Virus record (IMG/VR): IMGVR_UViG_3300028590_000001 | DNA length: 64,000 bases | Origin: an uncultured virus (IMG/VR IMGVR_UViG_3300028590_000001) | Taxonomy: Duplodnaviria > Heunggongvirae > Uroviricota > Caudoviricetes | Direction: 5' to 3' (one strand) | Position numbers and translations under genes: made by a program | The notes under the pieces: generated by a model | The model's input: the letters and a program-made list of their open reading frames with translations, nothing else | Database searches by the model: none | Told to the model about the DNA's origin: nothing | Shown here: piece by piece, positions 58,960 to 64,000 of the stretch | How positions within the stretch are numbered: position 1 is the stretch's first letter | Layout of the letters: every line of letters starts with the position of its first letter

Positions 58960-59819
58960 TTGCCCAGCCCCTGAATCAGCGCGACGAGTTCATCCCGCAG
59001 CGCAGCCAGGTCGGCGCGCGTGGCGACACCGTCCACCAGGCTCGGCTTCGCCGGGGTGGCGCGCTCGGCATCGGCCAGCTGCGCCCAGCCGGTCGGCTTG
59101 AGCGGTGCCTTGCTTCCGGTGCGCTGGTCCTTGCTGCCGGTGCCCGCCAGCTGATCCAGCGCGTCACCGGTGTGCTGGTCGACCCACCCCAGCAGGATGC
59201 CCGCCTGCTCGGCGGTGCCGTCCGGCTTAGCCACCTTCATCTCCCAGACCGCCTTCGCGATCTCTTCGGCACTCGCCATCTCGTTGTCCTCTCCCTTGGT
59301 GTACTTCTCCACGGCGTTCGCGAACACATCCCACGGGAAGCCGGGGCCGACATCGGTATGCGTGCCGATGCCCAGCTCATCGGTGACATACCGGTGATCC
59401 GAGATGCCGTCCGCGTACCAGTACGGCGGTGCGATGACGGTGGTGTCGAACTTGTACTTCCGGCAGTCCTGGACAGCCAGGTACGCCGCCACGTCGATAG
59501 CGTCGCCCATGTTGTCCAGCCACTGCTGGCGTGACCAGCCTGCGCGGCTGCCCGCGAAGCAGAGGTTGATGGTGTACGGGTTCGCATCCAGCACCGACCA
59601 ACTGGCGTAGTCGGTGTTCACCACGTCGCAGACCACCACGCTGTTGTCGATCGTGTAGTGGTAGCTGACGCCGTTGGCCGGGTTGTTCAGGTAGGCCGCC
59701 AGCGACTCCGCTGTGCCGTTGCCCTCCTGGGTGTGCAGCAGGAAGTTCGTGACGCGCGCACCGCCGCGCCCGCTGTACGACTTGCCCATCCTGTCGATCT
59801 CTGTGAACTCAGGTGCCAT
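58956..59819 (-). CDS. lysA: Lysin A (N-acetylmuramoyl-L-alanine amidase)
   Basis: LHTQEG, VSYHY, SWSVLDANPYTINLCFAGS, DH, HTDVGPGFPWD; C-terminal GWAQL..SLVDG. Confidence 0.92.
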   Translation of the reverse strand: MAPEFTEIDRMGKSYSGRGGARVTNFLLHTQEGNGTAESLAAYLNNPANGVSYHYTIDNSVVVCDVVNTDYASWSVLDANPYTINLCFAGSRAGWSRQQWLDNMGDAIDVAAYLAVQDCRKYKFDTTVIAPPYWYADGISDHRYVTDELGIGTHTDVGPGFPWDVFANAVEKYTKGEDNEMASAEEIAKAVWEMKVAKPDGTAEQAGILLGWVDQHTGDALDQLAGTGSKDQRTGSKAPLKPTGWAQLADAERATPAKPSLVDGVATRADLAALRDELVALIQGLGK

Positions 59820-59927
59820 GCCGGTTCCTTCCCTGTGGCCTGCCCCGAGCATATCGCACGGAGTTGCACAAACCCACGGAATCCGTGCTAAGGTTGAACC
59901 ACACCACACCTCGAGAGGAAGCCCCCC

Positions 59928-61177
59928 ATGCACCCCACCAACCCGGACGATCCGTTCGCCGTCCGCCTGACCGCTGTGGCCACCGTCACGTACACCGTAG
60001 GGCTGATGGTGGAAGCCCCCACCGTCGACATGCCCGTGCCCCACTCGGACATTCGCATGATCCCCCAACGCGCGGAGGTCGTGGTCGAGCGCAACCTGGA
60101 GACCGGCGAGTTGTTCGTGTACCGCCTGGAGATCACCGGCAAGCGCGCCAAGAAGGATGGCACGCCTTCGCTGTTGTCGATCTCCGGCCAGTGGTACCGC
60201 CGTCACAACTATGAAGGCGGCATCACCTACGGCCACCACCAGTGCGCGGACCACCCGTACGTGTTGAACCTGATCGACAGGGCCATCGCCGTGGTGCGGG
60301 AGACCCTGCGGTGAGCGCGGCGCGGAAGGAAGCTCTGGCCCAGTTGCGCGTCGCCGTGGCGTCAGCATTCGAGGCGCGGCCGAATACCCCGGAATGGCAG
60401 CAAGCCCACCGCACTGTCGCGCTGGCGCAGGTGCACGCTCTGGACGCGGGCGCGACGGCTGCCGAAATCCTCGACGCGAGCGAAGGGTTCTAGCCGTGGG
60501 AAGTCTGGACAACCGTGACCACTACCTGGTCGCCGCGCTGCTGCACCAGCGCATCAAGCCGCTGCGCCCGCTGGAGAATCCCGCGCACGTCGAACAGTTC
60601 AACGAACTGCGCGGACTGAGCGCCCGGCTGTGCGCTGCCCTGGAGGACGACGCCGTGCGCCCGCCGAGGGTCGTCTTCCAGCCGCAGCGGTTCATCGAAC
60701 TGGTCATGCGGGGCGAGTGATGGTCTGCCAGGCGCGCGGCGGCTGGCGCAAGCTGACTTGCCCGGCGCGCGACTCGCACGGCTACCGCTGCGAGAAGCGC
60801 GGACCGCACACCGACCATTGGATCAGCGACCACACCATCCAGCACGCACTGGCGGGCGACGGATACAGCTGCGCCGCCATCACCGACATGCTCATGGAAA
60901 GGCTCTGGAAATGAAGACCCCCGTATCTGATCACGTAGCGGAGCGGCTGTACGCCGACGACTGGCGCGTGGAGTCCACCATCCACCTCGGCCCGCGCATC
61001 GTGAAGGACTGCGGCAGCGTGTACGCCACCATCGTCCCCACGTCGTACGACTACGGCTGGAACGTCTGGGAGTGGACCACCGGCCAGCACCTGCACGGCG
61101 GCCGTGACGAGGACATCACCGCTGCGGCGCAGGCGGCGTTGACCTGGGTAAACGAGGAGTGGTTGGGCAGCGAATAA
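59928..61177 (+). CDS. Five small hypothetical genes (59928-60314, 60311-60493, 60496-60720, 60720-60914, 60911-61177)
   Basis: Motif promoter at about 59864-59894; coupled ORFs. Confidence 0.6.
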
Positions 61178-61257
61178 CGTTCGCCGTGCGAAGGGGTTGT
61201 ATTAGGCACGGAATACGTGCTATTGTGGTTTCACCACCAACCGAGAGGATCACCACA

Positions 61258-61920
61258 ATGCACGCCAACCCCTTCGCCGCCCGCCTCGCCACCGCTGCCG
61301 CCGCCACCCAGGGCACAGCGCGCCGGGACCGCCTGGACCGGGTGGAGATCATGGAAGGCCCCGCCTTTCACTTCACCGGTCCGGCCCCTGTCGACATGAT
61401 CACCGAGCGACAGGCCGCGCTGGTTCGGACACTGCTGGTGGAGCGCAACTTCCGCAGCGAGCAGCGCCCGGCGTGGATCGCTCGAATCCAGCAGATGGCC
61501 ACGGTCAACGGCACCATCAGCGCGATGACCAAGGTTCAGGCCAGCGCGTTCATCGAGTACGCGTTCACCATGCCCGTGCGGAAGATCGCAGAGGCGGCCC
61601 CGGCGGTAGACGTCCCGGAGGGCCGCTACGCGGTCGACATCAACGGCGTTCTGTGGTTCGTCCAGGTGGACTGCCCGGCCGAAGGCCGCTGGGCCGGGCA
61701 CACCTTCGTGCGCCGCCAGTTGGGCAGCGACACCCAGAACCTGAACCGCGCGCAGCGGGTGCTCGTCCTCAAGGCCATCGCCGAGGCGGGCATCAAGGAG
61801 GCCACCATCCGCTACGGCCACGAGCTGGGCCATTGCGGCAAGTGTGGTCGTGAACTGACCAATGAGGCCAGCCGCACGGCGGGCATCGGCCCCAAGTGCG
61901 CAGCTAAGAGCGGGTGGTGA
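61258..61920 (+). CDS. Protein with C-terminal DUF6011-like zinc finger
   Basis: CGKCGRELTNEASRTAGIGPKC; motif promoter 61197-61226. Confidence 0.75.
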   Translation: MHANPFAARLATAAAATQGTARRDRLDRVEIMEGPAFHFTGPAPVDMITERQAALVRTLLVERNFRSEQRPAWIARIQQMATVNGTISAMTKVQASAFIEYAFTMPVRKIAEAAPAVDVPEGRYAVDINGVLWFVQVDCPAEGRWAGHTFVRRQLGSDTQNLNRAQRVLVLKAIAEAGIKEATIRYGHELGHCGKCGRELTNEASRTAGIGPKCAAKSGW

Positions 61921-62001
61921 TGTTAGCCACACCGGACAATTTCATACCGTCCCCCGGGCACCCGCCCGGGGGACACGCCCCGTTTGTGAAGGAGATGAAC
62001 C

Positions 62002-62196
62002 ATGTTGAAGTTCTGGGGCCGCAAGGAGGTCGCGCAGTTCCTGGGAGTGAAGACCGACTCCATCAACGGTTACGAGCTACCCGAACCCGATGCCGAGATC
62101 GGACAGCACCGGGGGTGGATGCCGGAGACCATCAAGAACTGGAAGGAGACCCGTCCGGGTAGGGGCAACTGGGGGAAGCGCTCGACCGACAAGTAG
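62002..62196 (+). CDS. Small HTH DNA-binding protein (AlpA/excisionase-like)
   Basis: GRKEVAQFLGV...LPEPD...GWMPETIKNW...RPGRG. Confidence 0.75.
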   Translation: MLKFWGRKEVAQFLGVKTDSINGYELPEPDAEIGQHRGWMPETIKNWKETRPGRGNWGKRSTDK

Positions 62197-62224
62197 GGAA
62201 CCACCATGCGGAGCTACGCGCGAC

Positions 62225-62252
62225 GAGGACCCGGGGCAACCCCCGGGTCCTC
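62225..62252. terminator. Bidirectional hairpin between convergent genes
   Basis: GAGGACCCGGGG-caa-CCCCGGGTCCTC. Confidence 0.65.
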
Positions 62253-62256
62253 TGAC

Positions 62257-62619
62257 TTATGCACAGCGGGACAGGTGCCCGGCGCGCCACGGCCGCCACA
62301 GCAGCGGGTCACCGCTGTCGTAGTTGACGTCCAGGGTGATCAGCGCGCCGCGCGGAATCTGCTCGGTCTCGGCCGCCGTCAGGACGTAGCGCAGCCACGC
62401 ACCGTCGACAACGCCGGGGATCAGCATCTCGGTGCCGGTGCCCCAGCTGATGCGCATCCGCGTTACGGTGCCTGCGGGCCACGCCACCGGGGACTTCGTG
62501 ATGCTGTCCACCTGCTGGACTTCGCCCTCGAAGATGAAGCCCGCCGACATGCAGATGGACAGCGGCGCGGGGCAGCCGTTCATGTGGACGACGCCACAGG
62601 TGCATGTCGGGCTGGTCAT
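62257..62619 (-). CDS. Putative small virion/tail protein
   Basis: 120 aa at the end of the minus-strand tail run. Confidence 0.5.
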   Translation of the reverse strand: MTSPTCTCGVVHMNGCPAPLSICMSAGFIFEGEVQQVDSITKSPVAWPAGTVTRMRISWGTGTEMLIPGVVDGAWLRYVLTAAETEQIPRGALITLDVNYDSGDPLLWRPWRAGHLSRCA

Positions 62620-62652
62620 GGGTCCACGCTACCGCCGGTCAGTGCACGGAAA

Positions 62653-63398
62653 TCAGTGCATACCGCCCGCCATCGCGGCGAACGCCGCGAAGCTGTCCTC
62701 GGTGTCCTCGGGCTTGAACTCCTTGGCCATATCCTCCGGCTCCGGCTTGTACAGCTCGAAGTAGAACCGCTGCACGGCGTTCGGTCCTTCCTCAGCCTTG
62801 CTCTCCACAGCCATGGTCTCCACGATGTCCAGCAGCGCGTGCATCGTGGGGAAGTGCCGCAGCGGATCGCCGATGCCGCCCTGCGCCAGCTTGGCCCGGA
62901 TGATCCGCCACGAGTAGGCGGTCGCGTTCACCAAACCAGCGACGGCCAGAAAGGGCGGGCCGTCCCGACTGTCACGATCCCCTTGACGAGGTCGTGGAAC
63001 TCCTCCGTGCCGAAGCGGCCGTCGTCAGGGTCTGCCATGGCCATCAGTGCCACGGCGAGGTCGTCGGGGTGCGTGTAGCGCGCCACCAGGTCCATGAGGG
63101 TGCCGGTGGAGATGCGCTCGGACTTCTGGTGCTGGGACCACGCCATACTCAGCACGTGGATGGCCTCGGGCTGTGGGCTGCGTACCCGGAAATGGAAGTC
63201 ACCCACGTGAACGGACTTCCAGCCGTGCGGCTCGGTGTCGGCGGCGAGGTCATCGTGGGCGGGCGGCGGCTGGAACGGGGATACGAACGTCGGCTCACTG
63301 TTCGCGCCCCCACCCACACCCGGATGGGGCACCGCACGGCTGGCACCGCCCACGTTCCGCGCGGGCCGGTGCATCGGAATCTTTCGTGGTCCTGCCAT
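62653..63398 (-). CDS. Tail assembly chaperone pair (62928-63398 plus -1 frameshift extension to 62653)
   Basis: In-frame slippery C CCT TTC at 62955-62949; the downstream ORF is in the -1 frame; similar to 8538-8993. Confidence 0.65.
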
Positions 63399-63419
63399 AA
63401 CACCTAGCCTACGTGTTTT

Positions 63420-64000
63420 CTAGATGACGGGGTATGCGTACATGTCCAGCCGCGTGGCCCCGCTGCGAATGGACAGCTCCGTCTCGTTGTCGCCCTGGTA
63501 GTAGCTGGCCGTCTCCCAGAAGGCGCTGTCACTGCGGAGGCGGATGGCCACCTTATATGTCTGTCCCGGCGGCACCACCACCACGTTTCCGATCAGCGTG
63601 CTGCGCTGGCCGTCCCGGTTCTCGAACGGTGCGAAGCCGATCAGACCGCCGCCGTTGTTGTCGCCCAGGTCTCCCCCCGCACCGAACACCGAAATCAGCG
63701 TGCTGGCCGCCGGGTCCGCCGGTGCCACGCCGAGCGCACTGCCGAAGTACTGCTGGAGCTGCGGCCGGTTACGGCAGCTGGCGGCTGTACGACTGCCGCC
63801 GCGCGTGCACATGGCGTAGACGTTGTGGCTGATCGGGTCCGGGTTGGTCCAGCTGACGCGCACCGTGTACAGGTCTTCGGCCTGACCGCTGCCGCCGTTG
63901 GGGTCGTAGTCGCGGTCGATGGACGCCGCCTCGTTCGTGGCCACGTGCCGCCACTGCATGTAGGGCTGCGGGGTGATCGCCCCGTTGGCGTCGATCTGGA
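63420..64000 (-). CDS. Minor tail protein (5' end outside the window)
   Basis: Frame open to the edge (QIDANGAITPQPYMQWRHVA...); same strand as the tail operon. Confidence 0.6.
   Translation of the reverse strand, partial: QIDANGAITPQPYMQWRHVATNEAASIDRDYDPNGGSGQAEDLYTVRVSWTNPDPISHNVYAMCTRGGSRTAASCRNRPQLQQYFGSALGVAPADPAASTLISVFGAGGDLGDNNGGGLIGFAPFENRDGQRSTLIGNVVVVPPGQTYKVAIRLRSDSAFWETASYYQGDNETELSIRSGATRLDMYAYPVI

Overview
This window is a large part of a high-GC, apparently lytic siphovirus of a mycolic-acid actinobacterium (it encodes LysB; no integrase is visible). Gene order resembles cluster-B-type mycobacteriophages and related Gordonia phages. The minus strand from 1 to 21 kb carries the virion operon: portal, MuF-protease fusion, separate hexamer- and pentamer-type capsid genes, major tail, head-tail connectors, tape measure and minor tails. 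More tail genes at 62-64 kb suggest a circularly permuted genome slightly longer than the window. About 21.5-32.3 kb is an accessory region of small genes, many with their own promoter and terminator. The minus strand from 32 to 45 kb carries terminase, LysB, a ParB + TET/JBP-like oxygenase + GREB1/TAGT-like glycosyltransferase DNA-modification cluster, tRNA-Trp and a Ro60/TROVE gene. The plus strand from 46 to 58.6 kb carries replication and recombination genes (PolA, primase-helicase, SF2 helicase, exonuclease, RuvC), followed by LysA and a holin on the minus strand. The standout is a promoter-driven tandem array of seven Y-RNA-like units directly upstream of Ro60 (41777-42663). The units share a conserved bulged stem with co-varying outer helices but carry different internal modules, four of which are permuted tRNA mimics. 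Other notable items: a 21-copy palindromic operator/promoter regulon, a putative base-J-like modification pathway lacking a methyltransferase, an orphan tRNA-like element, a displaced frameshifting tail-chaperone paralogue, and a near-identical C-terminal domain on both the capsid and the tail tube protein. All assignments come from motif reading, not database searches.
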